Shown one piece after another: positions 52,304 through 64,000 of a DNA stretch of 64,000 bases. A program made the translations under genes and the position numbers. Position 1 is the first letter of the stretch; each line of letters begins with the position of its first letter. The notes beneath the pieces are model-generated. The model was not told where the DNA came from and did no database searches. It worked only from the letters and a program-made list of their open reading frames with translations. Source of the DNA: Kudoa neothunni (Eukaryota > Animalia > Cnidaria); the NCBI GenBank assembly GCA_964304625.1, contig OZ199840.1, positions 9,803,315 through 9,867,314 on the forward strand. The letters run 5' to 3'.

Positions 52304-55190
52304 TTATTTATTTCTGTAGGCCATAAAACCTCCTATTCCTCCGATAACTATAATTGCAACAACAACCGACACTATAATGCTAAACGAAAAAATTAAAAAA
52401 CAACTACTCACATCACATACATTGTTTTATTGCCTGACCTATAAAATAATAATCGCATAAAAAAATAATTATAAAATAAATTTACGTTGATTTGCTACCA
52501 GATGCACCTAAAATTAGAGTTATACAATATTTCTAAGTATTTAAGAATAGGATTACCTTTATCAATTTCAGCTGTACCAAATACTGACCTATCCCTGCTG
52601 TAGTATACGGTCAAATGATAGTCGTTTAGATCCTCAACATTTTCAATCGTAAAAGTCTTACAATTCGGAAGGGTCGTACAATCACCTCCTCCGTTACTCA
52701 CACATTTTTTAACGGTTGGTCTAGCCACGTCGTTTGAATTAATTAACACCCATTTACATTTTGACTCTCCATCTATTCCAACTGGAAGTGTGGTCGTTAT
52801 CTGTAATGTTTTATCGTCACGTACTATACTAACAAACAATTTTTTTGTTAGATCAGTTGGGTCTTCAACTATTGGCTCTAAATTATATTTTTTAGTAATC
52901 GTTAATGATGTATAATTTTTAATATATATTGTAAAATAATAACTTGGGGCTAGAATGATAGAAGTTTCTTCAGAACGATCAACAGCTGTAACCAAAATTT
53001 TATATTCTTTCGAAGCATCGTAACCTTCACTGAATATAATATTGTTACAATATGGTACTTCGGAGCATGATTTAGTATCGTTCGATGTAGTTTCTGACGA
53101 TTGTTCTACTGTACCAACTCTTGCAATGGAAACATTTTCGACATTAATTAATGATTCAGCCAATGGTGATTGAATTGGTTCTGCAGGACATGAATATATT
53201 GTATCCCACGATTCTCCATTTTTAACAGTGATTTTATAATGGCATTTCGCGTCACTAATCGGTGTAGACAATTTTCCTATCACTTTATATCCTTTGTCCA
53301 ATGTTCCCTTCGTAAGAGTAAGAGTCGAATAAGCTATCGTATTTATATAAATAATAGTTCATTCAATTATTGTACTCGTTTTAATATTGGTGAATGTGGT
53401 AGAACCATATTCTTCATATGCAACCACTTTAATATCGTAGGTAGTATTCGGTTCGAGATTAATCAAGGTCTTGGGCTCCTTACATAAACCTCTACAAGGA
53501 TTACTATCTGAACAAGTTGCCTCCACAAATTTATTTTTTTCTGCTATACTGACAAAGTAATCACATGTGGGTTCAGTTGTTTCGGTTCCGGGATCACCGA
53601 CAATTGCTTTAACTATGCTAGTTGAATCACCTGCAGAAGGTTTTTCAGTATTAAAATTTTTGTCAGTTTTTTTATCTTAAATTAAAGATGAATTCGAATA
53701 TTATGATAATATTGTTACTTGTTTGGACGAAAATATATTCCTTAAAATCCGAACTCTCATTTATATTACTTTTGGATATCACTAACGTGACCGCTCTTCC
53801 GTCCGGTAAACCTGTAACCGTGTAGGCAGCGGTACAAACGGTAGGGCAATCGGTACCGCTACCTGATGTGCAAGTTGGAGCTTTGGTATAAGTATTACTG
53901 GTAGTATCGGCATTGTAGTATTTAATTGCACATTGAGAAAATTTTTCGACATTACCATCTGGCGCGAATAATTTCAAATTTATTTTCACCCCTGCGTTCT
54001 CCACGGTTATTAGTGCATTTTCGTTTCCATTTGGCTCAATAATCGCTATAATAGTATTAAAAAAATATTATTTTTAATTTTTACCAAATTTTTTATATTT
54101 ATATCCCTCAAACGATCCGTCTTGTTTTTTCTGTATTCCATGATGTCTCCTCTGGACCAATATTTCAACAATTGATTTAGTTGGTTCTAGAGTGAGTTCT
54201 ACGTCGTTACAGGGAGCATAGCATAATTGATCAGTTTCGCCGCATTTTGAAGAATATTCTGCGTTATCTTGAGTTGTAGCACTCGACCCATCCCTGATAT
54301 TAAACAAGCATATTTCACTAGGAATTGGATTCGTAAATTTAAGTTGGTATTTAGTTTTTTCGGTTTCAGATTTATATCTAACGTAGAATTGTGGCTTGTA
54401 AATGTCTATATTTTCTTTCATATAATAGTTTGGCATGTGGTAATAGAAAATCGGGTAATCAGTGCATCTCACTTCAAAATATGGTATTTTTACGCCATAT
54501 TCCACTGCGTCAACATCACTTCCATTTGCAGAAGTCGAACAGTTTTCTCCTTGAGGCACTTCTTTATATTTTATTCCTTTATAATAAATTGGACAAGCCG
54601 CTGGTTTACAAGTTGTGGCTTTTAACCTCAGTAAATAATCGTTATGCGTAGATGCCCCTATGTTTGGATCCACCAATAGTGCTAAGAATTCATTAATAAT
54701 GAAAATTACACAGTTATCATACGTATTGCTAAACCAAACACTTTGGCTCCACTTTTAACACCACCGTTTTTTAGGCCGTCTGCGGATACTTCATCTTTTA
54801 TATAAATATATTTTGATCTGGGTGAAAGCTTGTCGTAATCATGCTTATTATCAACCCCAGCACAAGTTCGGATACACTTATTATTAACATCACTCTCCTT
54901 ACCTTCACATGTTTGGATTTCATCGTAGTTGGTACCCAATGAATTTTCTCGCATTATGTGGCATGTTTTACTGTTTTGATAATCCGTTCCTTTCAGCTCG
55001 ATATGAAATTTAAAATTGGCGACATCGGCCTCATGTATCTGATAATACACTTCTCTAGTTGGAGCAGCGGATGAAGCGTCAGCTGAATAACATTCATTTG
55101 AAACTGAACAACAATTAATAAAATCAAGTATATAATCAACTTACGTGAAAATATAATGAGAAAAGTGTGAAGAATTATATTCGGAGTCAT
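52304..55190 (-). CDS. Cys-rich FN3-like type I membrane protein, copy 5
   Basis: Same exon structure; N-terminus MTPNIILHTFLIIFS; the 268-aa ORF is identical to that of copy 4; C-terminus FMAYRNK*. Confidence 0.9.
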
Positions 55191-57110
55191 TACAAATTAA
55201 ATCTAATAAGTATATCTGTTTAATACCAATTCCATTTATACTTCGTAATTCAATTCAAAGTAGTCTATGAATACTTCCGCAAATCATTAATATCTTCTCT
55301 ATTGTTAATATTCTCGGATATGAGTTTAGACATGATTAGCGATAAACAATATGAAAATTCATTAATTTATTTTGTAAATGTTGATTTTTCTTTAAATGTT
55401 TGATCTATTTTTAATATTTATGACATAATTTTACTGCAAAGGATTATACAATTTTATCAACCATTAATTTTTTATTTTCTGCCTAGTTAAACTTTATATA
55501 AAATTTTTTATTGAATACGTGCATAAATATAATATAATTAAATAAATTTGTGTATTATTACCTATTTATTTTTTGTTAGATACGATGTATCCTAAAAATA
55601 ATATATTTCGTTTCATTAATTAGAAGCTAAAAATATTGTTAAGAAAGATTGTCTCATTTATTTTAATTACGTATCGTTTTGTTAAATAATCCACATTTTA
55701 GCTTATTTTTTTGTTGTTACATGTATGACCTTTTCATAACTAACTAACGAAAGAGCAATAGCGCATCAATCATTAGAATTGTCATTTTATTATTTAATCA
55801 CAATTAAATCAAGATATATATCCACGAATATTAATTCGAATAGTCAATTATATCTCTTAAGTATATTTAGATAAAATTCTTATTAGTATTTAAAGAATAA
55901 ATATTATCATAAATAGCTATATTTTACATTATGTAAACAGATTTAGCAATAACTTTAAAATTCAACGAATAATATATTTTAATAATATATTTTAATAATT
56001 TTAACTTCGAATTTATCAAAAATGTTGCAATCGTTTTTTCGTATATATTAACATAATAAAGACAAACAATTTAATCAAATAAAATAAGTTATTTAAATAA
56101 ATTTCTTTAAAATTATAAATCTATGTTAAATTAAATATCTGTCAATCGAAAAAATTAATCCATTTTAATAATGCGAATTGATCAGTATATATCAATGATC
56201 GGTACTCGGTATTAGCGGAAGAGCCAATAATTGATAGTTAAAAAAATTTGTCTATTTCCGACGCCTTACAACTTAAATATACGGCGGGAAATCAAAATCC
56301 GTGTCCTTAATGTCATAAAAACTTACATTCCAAAAAAAATATGAAGAAATTCTCGAATTGGCATATTTACACGTGTTTTTATAACTAATTAACTTATTAT
56401 TTTAATTATTATTAATAATTTTAACGCAGACGATGACAATAAAAATAAATATAAAAACGTGAATTTTCTTAATTGCTCAAAGTAACATTATAATTTCTTG
56501 TTCAATAGATCCCATTACGCTAAGTTAAAAATTCTACCTTCAGCCTCGGTACAGCAAATTTATAATGAAAATTTGTATCATTATGAATATTATCATCAAC
56601 TTAAGAAAAAATATAAAAAAATAATCCAATCTTTTAAAATCGGAAAATTACTTACTTTATTTGTATTTTCATAAATTGAGTCATTTTTACGATTATTTAT
56701 ATGATTTTTAAGATAGCAATTAGACAAAAATTTAAACATACAAATACTTGGATAAATAATTAGCCGATTACTTTTATATAATCTACACAAAAAATCGATT
56801 ATCCTTAAAATAAATAATTCGGATTCAATGACTTTTCATCTCACACCAACAAGACAAATTTAAATACGATTCATGAATATATTAATATAATGGTTGCTTA
56901 AATTAACATTTCTATCAATTATAAAATTCTTTAATCAAAACTTTTCTTTTATATTTTCACAATCTCTTCTCTCATCTAATTTTATTATTTTATATATAAC
57001 AATAATCACATTTTGTTTACTTCAATCAATACCCTAATAATCCTGATAAACTTGTAATCGTCTAAATATTTGTTTTTGTTATCTCAATTAATAATCTATT
57101 AATACGAGTC

Positions 57111-58246
57111 ATGCATGTAACACATTACGTATACATTGAAACTTTTAAAAAAAATAATATAGTCCAAACCAACAACATATGTGGGTATCATATCATTGAT
57201 CGTTACAATAATAGCAATATTTTTGCAATACACAGCATTGAACAGTGCTGATCTCGTCGGATTTACATTCACTCTAGAAAACCCAGAAGGTCAAACTAAA
57301 AGTTATCAATACACAGGAGGTTATGTTGCGGGTTGTTTGAAACCGGAAGATGATAACACTCTATCCCAAATGAAATGTTTTGAAGAATTAGCCTATTTGA
57401 ATTATGGTACCATTAAAAATACATAGCATTAAATAGATGAATTTTAGGTTCGGTTGTGTTCTCACTAGAAAACAGAGGTATCTCAACAATCCTTTATTCA
57501 TTATAAAATAGTTGAATTAAAGATTTACTTAATTTAGACAATATTTTCAACATGATAGATCAATATGTTTCCGATGGTAAATTTCTTGTTCTACTAGAAA
57601 TTTCATGTTCTGAATCGTTAATTATCATTGAAACCCCTCAGTGAGTTAAAATTATAATTGATATATTTAACGTTTTAGTTGACCAATCGGGATCTGAACT
57701 CAGGGGTAAATTAAAATTACACACATATATACATATATAACGAATATTAAGTGTTGGAAAATTATGGGTTGATCTTTACCGAAAATTCATTCACATTAAA
57801 TTCAAGTAAATCCACATAACCAATAAAAATCAGTTACTTTCAAATTAGAATTTACTGAAATATCTTCAATCAACAAAACATTGAGGGTATTGACACTAGT
57901 TAATTTTATAAGCGCGTTAGGATCATGCATGCTGTTTGTAATCATGGTAGTAAAGGATCGATTTGGTTTTGCGGCGATAGCCCTCCACATCACATCCAGT
58001 AATATATTATGAAAATGTATTTGTTGGATATTACAATAAATAGCTGCTATCTCTATCTTACTGACAAGCGTATTATTATATTTTTCAGCCCAAGATCGTG
58101 CCTACTATAGTCCAATGAAGTACAGAGCTGGTTCGCACTTGCAGATATTTTCGCTAACACTTTTGCTTATCAATGAATTATTGATAGTACTGATCAAACA
58201 ATTTGAGAAGAAACCTTCAAGATTTATACATTTAAAATATTTTTAA
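57111..58246 (+). CDS. Four-TM membrane protein, claudin/PMP22-superfamily-like topology
   Basis: Spliced model MHVTHYSKPTTYVGIISLIVTIIAIFLQY (TM1), a large loop with GYVAGC..C, then LRVLTLVNFISALGSCMLFVIMVV, FGFAAIALHITS/AISILLTSVLLYF and YRAGSHLQIFSLTLLLINELLIVLI, ending ..LKYF*. GT-AG micro-introns; some middle exon boundaries are uncertain. Confidence 0.6.
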
Positions 58247-58421
58247 TAAATCCTTATTTAATGATATATTTTAAAAATTACAATTTATATGACATATTTT
58301 TTAATCTGGTTTTATTATTATTTAATAATTTATTCAAGTATTCAATTAAATTAATTAGGGCATGAAAAAATAATACTTTAATAACACAAATCAAAAACCA
58401 CAAATACAACACTAAAGCAAG

Positions 58422-61400
58422 TTAGAAATTATTCCACTGGAAAAGGGTTCGTTCCCTTAACGCTCTAACTCCTCGCATGGACCATTCCTTGCTGGTCACG
58501 GTGAGTTCTTCGGTTGAATGCAATTGAGAGAAATTGCAAGCACCTTTAAAAGCAGCATGGGCTGGTATACAATCCTAACAACCAACGTATACATGCATAA
58601 ATCCACAAAAGATGTAGCTATAACAAAGAGATTACCACCAATCGATCAGTTACATCAACAACCACTCTTCTATATTTGTTTTTTCGCGGTAATTGTGCCT
58701 CAATACGATACTGCAAAAATTCGCGAGCTCCATCAATGTTAAAGCCTCCGCCCACAATAAAAATATTGGAAAATAGGCGTGATTGTTGTTCAAAATCCTC
58801 TAATGATAAAATCGATTAACTCAACTCTCAAATTAGAACAACACCAGTGTTTATTATAGTTGGACCTACCGCATGTTAGTATACTCTTGATGATAACTTC
58901 TCCTAACGACATAACAGTTGAATCTAGTTGTAGAGGGGAATAAGCTGCCACATAATCCATTTTGCCGCTATTTCCCCCAGGTCCACTCGAATCATCCGTA
59001 TAGCTGTCACTCATTGAAAATTCATCTTAAGATTCGAATTCAAGCAGGTTTTTTTAAAAACAACAAATACCAACAGGATCCAAAGATTCCGTCCCCGCCT
59101 CGTTATTCTAAGTGAGTTAAAATTAGCCGATTATCGTAGTGTTAATTAAATTCAAAATATTTTTAATATCTTAGTTTACAGACGAATCTAATATTTTTTT
59201 AATTTTTCTCGCTATTTTAATAATTTTAATATTGATATTTAGTTTTTATTGTAATCATTTGTTTTTGTTTAAAGTCTAACAATAAAACAACCAATTAAAA
59301 ATTAAGAGATATATTAAATGCGCAGGCGTCATATTAGACATAACAATACCGCAATTATTAAAAGATTACAAGATAAATACCAGTACGCATGCGCTATGAC
59401 TAATCACTTAACATGGCAAAATAAATGCAGTCGCGCGCAGTGTAAAAAATATAACATTGGGATTTATTTAAAAATAGCAAAAAATAAATCCGGCATGCAT
59501 ATTTTTGTGAGAGATTACTGAAAAAAATTAAATCCCATTTAAAAAATAACGAAAAATACAATTTTTTTAATTAAAGATTTAAAAACAATTACTTGAGTTC
59601 CTCCTTCGATTAATGTTCCTGTGTTCTGTAACCACAAAATCAGATCAGACCAAATCAACTGAAATATTACAACTTACATCCATCATATTATCTCGATTAA
59701 AAATATCATTTGTTGTATCATAATCGAGGTAGTTGAATGGGACAACCATTATGGGATCAATTAGACCCAAAAATGGACCAGAAAAAAACACCTAATTTCG
59801 CAGCATTATCTCAATCAAGCCAAGTAGTAATAATGAGAAAATGTGTGATGAATACAGTTGAACACAACAATCCTTCTTCGCCAAGCATAAAGTCGACCAA
59901 CTGAGGCTCAGTTATTCCGGGAGGTTTCCATACGATCCAAAAATTTTTCCCAGCTCTTCCTTCCTAATCAACAGATCAACCCACTCAAACAACTCCCACT
60001 CGATTACAGGTACAAGATGACACACATCTTTTTTTAATTCTTCCAACACTTTGAAATGATAAAAAAAATCAAAAGGATTTAAATCCCCTACAGGAAATGC
60101 CGCCTACCCACAAATTAAAACCTAATAGAAATTGGGTGTTTTCAACTTTTTTAAGTAGATAAAACAACGCAGATGATACCGCACTTCCACCAACATTAAG
60201 CTTGATTCTAAATGAGAGGGATCGAGGTAAAAATCATACTACACTTTGATCACTACTCACCTTGAAATAGGCAGAGACACCCCCTCTTCAACACAACATA
60301 CACTTGTTTTGCTGTGGCCAATATCCACCACACAAATGCTTTGAAGTCTAGCGTAGTATGAAACTGCAACCGACTCCTACCCAACCACAGCACAAAAACA
60401 TCAATATTTTCAGTCAAATAACACTCACTTGAACTACTATACCACTAGAGAATTCCATATCTTTCAACAGCAGATCCATCATTATAATAATAGAAGCTCG
60501 ATTGAAAAAATCGGGTATCAACAAAATAAACTTGTACTCCTTGGATATGATATAAATTATTGAGTACATTGGTTGTTGAGGAAATCCATCATACCGACAA
60601 ATTCATCGACATTTTTGTTGAATCGAATAACTTTCCAAGAGCGTACATCCAATGTCGACATACCAAAGATTTCTCGTGTTCAGATAAATTATGCTGATTG
60701 TCATTTTTGATTATATCTTTGTATATCCAACTGACCTTATAGTTGCGAGATGTTTTGGGGTCCATCTCAAACACCTTAAACTCATTCAATAAAATCATGT
60801 ATTTGGTGGATCAAACTACTTTATCGCCAAAAACAAATTCATCTGGTGTTTGGTTATCTTCACTGGTTACGCTATTACTGTCGGTTTTCTCTGAACTCGA
60901 AAACATAAGTTGTTCATTGAATTCTCGCTAAATATCATAGTCCCCGGTTATAAATGCCCTTATGAATCGCAAATAAAATTAATATCATCAGCGTTCTAAT
61001 GAAATATTTGCGGCAACTTTGATGTATTGATGTGTGGATATTTTTTTAAATAAAAAACCAAATATTTATTGCACCAAGAAAATTACTTGATGGAAGTCAA
61101 AAGTTGGACTCATATCTCCATGCATCAACTTCAATGTAGTTGCTACATTAATTAGAGGAGCATCATCGAAATTGGGAATCGGGTTGATTGGTAACTAAAA
61201 ATAATCTCATATCCCCCCTCCACCAATTCTCACATCAATACATTAGGTTCAAATTGCAAAATATTTGGATTGGTTGAGGACTGTTCTGGTTGATTCCATC
61301 GGTAGGCTATCACATGAGGAAAACACATCGGTTCAAGGTCATCCGCGAACCCAATATACAAATTTAATGTGCCTGGGTGAATTACAATAAATTTTGAATC

Positions 61401-61552
61401 CTCCTAATTATGGCACGGATTAAAATCCAATATAATTCAAAATCAGAAAAATTAATTTAATGTTTCCTCTAAATTATATGTCAACTATTTATTTTGGTTT
61501 TATCTGTTAAAATCAAAGCACTGACCGAATCAACTTCCTCCATTGCAGACAT
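58422..61552 (-). CDS. ACTR8: Actin-related protein 8 (INO80 complex subunit), multi-exon
   Basis: FIVIHPGTLNLYIGFADDLEPMCFPHVIAYR, KFILLIPDFFNR, ESVAVSY..CVVDIGHSKTSVCVVEEGVS, SNIFIVGGG..AREFLQYRI and the C-terminus KEWSMRGVRALRERTLFQW all match Arp8 hallmarks. Confidence 0.9.
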
Positions 61553-62228
61553 ACTTGCGCTTGCGCGTAATTACCAGGATGATTAACGACTCTTTCATCC
61601 GAGTTAAAATAATTTCTTTTGGAGTGTAAAATCTGTTAATATAGTTTAATTTAGTTAATCTAGAATATACGCTTAATTATTCAAGTATTTAATTATTATA
61701 TTTACATTTACATTTGAGGTATTCTTGCCGAATTTGTAATTAGACTTGTTTCTTGTTTGGTATAAGTTATTTTAAGTAATTAAGTTCGAAAAATTAAACT
61801 ATTGCAAATAAGTTTGGTTTTTCAAAAATTTAGCGGAAAATGATGGTCACGTGACTTAGAGTCTTGAGTTGGCAATTTTATTGAGCTATATACAATAAAA
61901 AGAGTTTTTCAATGTGGTGGAGATTTTGGAGACAGTCAGTGAAGGTCCAAGATTCACATCTTGAGTCAACGAAAAAATTGCACAACCGAGCATGCGTCGT
62001 ACGTAATGTACTGCTTTGAGTGACCAGAATCTCTCGTGAGTATTTTAAGTGTGATTCGTACACAATCGAATCTGAATTAAGTCTGGTAAACGATAATTAT
62101 TTGATTAATTTTACTGTAAATTCCATGACGTCTTCAGTCTATTATTTTCTATGTATGTATATAATAGAAGATAAAATAAAAATCATAAGTAGTGAAAAAT
62201 AAAAACTTATACAATATTCATATCTTAA

Positions 62229-63400
62229 CTCTTTAATATACTAAAAATGGACTGCACTCCGAAGAATTTCGGGTTAAAAAATTACTCCGGATTTTTACAT
62301 CTGCGTTCGGACCATAAAATAATATTTAATTTTGGGAAATAAAAATATACAAATTCCCACTGTTAGATTCAGCAGTAATCCTCAAAATCCAACAAAAATT
62401 GTGTTTAAAATAATCCATGATAACAATTTTCAATTTAAGCTCAATATTTGAGTAAATTTTACGTTCAAATCGTGTGATAAATATTTTAATTATTATTTGC
62501 GCAAAAATAGAACATTTGCAAACACTCATAAAATGAATTCTGAAACAAACAGTAGTTGTTTTGTGTTAATTTTCCGAAAACCAAATATAAATCTTGAAAA
62601 TCTTGTTCGCGAATTTGATTGTCTAAGTTGTAGAGGAGTAGAAGAGTAGAGGAGTAGAGGAGTAGAGGAGTAGAGGAGTAGAGGAGTAGAAGAGTAGAGG
62701 AGTAGAAGAGTAGAGGAGTAGAAGAGTAGAGGAGTAGAAGAGTAGAGGAGTAGAAGAGTAGAGGAGTAGAAGAGTAGAGGAGTAGAAGAGTAGAGGAGTA
62801 GAAGAGTAGAGGAGTAGAAGAGTAGAGGAGTAGAAGAGTAGAGGAGTAGAAGAGTAGAGGAGTAGAAGAGTAGAGGAGTAGAAGAGTAGAGGAGTAGAAG
62901 AGTAGAGGAGTAGAAGAGTAGAGGAGTAGAAGAGTAGAGGAGTAGAAGAGTAGAGGAGTAGAAGAGTAGAGGAGTAGAAGAGTAGAGGAGTAGAAGAGTA
63001 GAGGAGTAGAAGAGTAGAGGAGTAGAAGAGTAGAGGAGTAGAAGAGTAGAGGAGTAGAAGAGTAGAGGAGTAGAAGAGTAGAGGAGTAGAAGAGTAGAGG
63101 AGTAGAAGAGTAGAGGAGTAGAAGAGTAGAGGAGTAGATAATATGGGGCTTTACGGAAGTTTTTCTCCATTAATGAAAGATGTAGTAACTATGCCATGAT
63201 TTTCAAAAACTTTCTCCTAATCGTATTATCCCCAAAGCTTTCCTTGTTTATGGAAAACGCATTTATAAATGATAAATCCATTAAATAAAAGAACCACATC
63301 ATAGGTCGTCTTTGTTAATGGCCCGATAAACTTAAAATTTAAACTATGTAATAAGTAACACTTTATCTATCAATTGGTAAGAAAAAATTCATTGGAATAT
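62229..63400 (-). mobile_element. piggyBac relic (C-terminal part), interrupted by a satellite
   Basis: Minus strand QRRPMMWFFYLMDLSFINAF...RRKFL; TTAA|CTCTTTAA-like terminus at 62225-62236. Right boundary approximate. Confidence 0.6.
62630..63138 (+). repeat. Tandem satellite (GAAGAGTAGAGGAGTA)n, made of alternating 8-mers
   Basis: About 510 bp of near-perfect repeat, with a short run of pure GAGGAGTA units near the left end. Confidence 0.98.
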
Positions 63401-64000
63401 AAACATGTTATAATTTTTTTATTTTACATTTTTAGCCATAATATTTAAATATCGTATATTTGTTCTGTTTTTAAAATTACAAATGATCTCACATCCTATG
63501 AAGAGAAAACAAATCAAGTAGCCAAATTCATATTTACTTTGAGGTTTTATACTGGTTCAGCTATGGCAGGGACTATTTGAAAGGTAAATCCTAATCCCAT
63601 CAACTCTTACCCACAAGCGGATTTTCAGATTAATTTTTGTCGATTTTGCTAAATTTAATTATCTACCAAGTAAGAAGCCATTTTAAGTATTATTATTAGC
63701 CTACTTCATTATAAGAAAAACAAGGCATCACAAACCCCTTATTCGAAAATTTCCCCCCAGTTGAGAACTCCTGCATTAGAAGGTGAAAAAAGACGTATTT
63801 AATACTAATATTGGTAGATATTGTTCCTTAATGGAAACACGTATTTAAACACTGAAGGAGGGGATTACGCTTAAGCGGTGCAATTGAAAATAACCCATTC
63901 TTTTAAAAATTAAAACAAACCAATTATGATAATCGTCCACGCGAATAAAATCAGTGAAAATAAACAATAAGCAAATGGTTTAATCGTCAAGTGGCTGAAT

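Noticed and set aside
4962-54651. Recurring plus-strand ORFs antisense to the family exons (e.g. 19924-20211, 36720-36968, 54269-54625)
   Set aside because: They recur only because the sense exons are paralogous; starts and lengths are inconsistent.
62630-63138. CRISPR-like array
   Set aside because: No unique spacers, eukaryotic context, no cas genes.
62526-63170. 214-aa ORF with (LLLYSSTPLLFYSST)n
   Set aside because: It is the translation of the satellite's pyrimidine-rich strand inside a piggyBac relic, with no sign of a real gene.

Overview
This is AT-rich eukaryotic (animal) genomic DNA with very short canonical GT-AG introns, mostly about 34-50 nt. That style fits a compact-genome parasitic metazoan such as a myxozoan or orthonectid; the taxon is an inference. 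The main feature is a minus-strand tandem array of five paralogous 10-exon genes: about 3983-6899, 17888-20750, 23982-26890, 35785-38673 and 52304-55190. A sixth copy is implied just left of the window. Manual splicing of copy 2 gives an 818-aa type I membrane protein with a signal peptide, six repeats of an unrecognised 4-Cys FN3-like module plus one other Cys module, a stalk encoded by two micro-exons, a GGIGG transmembrane helix and a tail of only a few residues. The module-encoding exons are all symmetric phase 1-1. The paralogues have hypervariable membrane-distal loops, near-identical membrane-proximal parts and patchwork sharing of segments, which makes the array a candidate variant-surface-antigen or recognition system. 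An ADAM metalloprotease-disintegrin gene lies inside the array on the same strand. The spacers contain decayed transposons: Merlin, Helitron, piggyBac, Tc1/IS630-like, a MULE fragment and a probable solo LTR. The right end holds a claudin-superfamily-like 4-TM gene (+), ACTR8/Arp8 (-) and a purine-rich 16-bp satellite inside a piggyBac relic. All gene models were spliced by eye, and no database searches were run.
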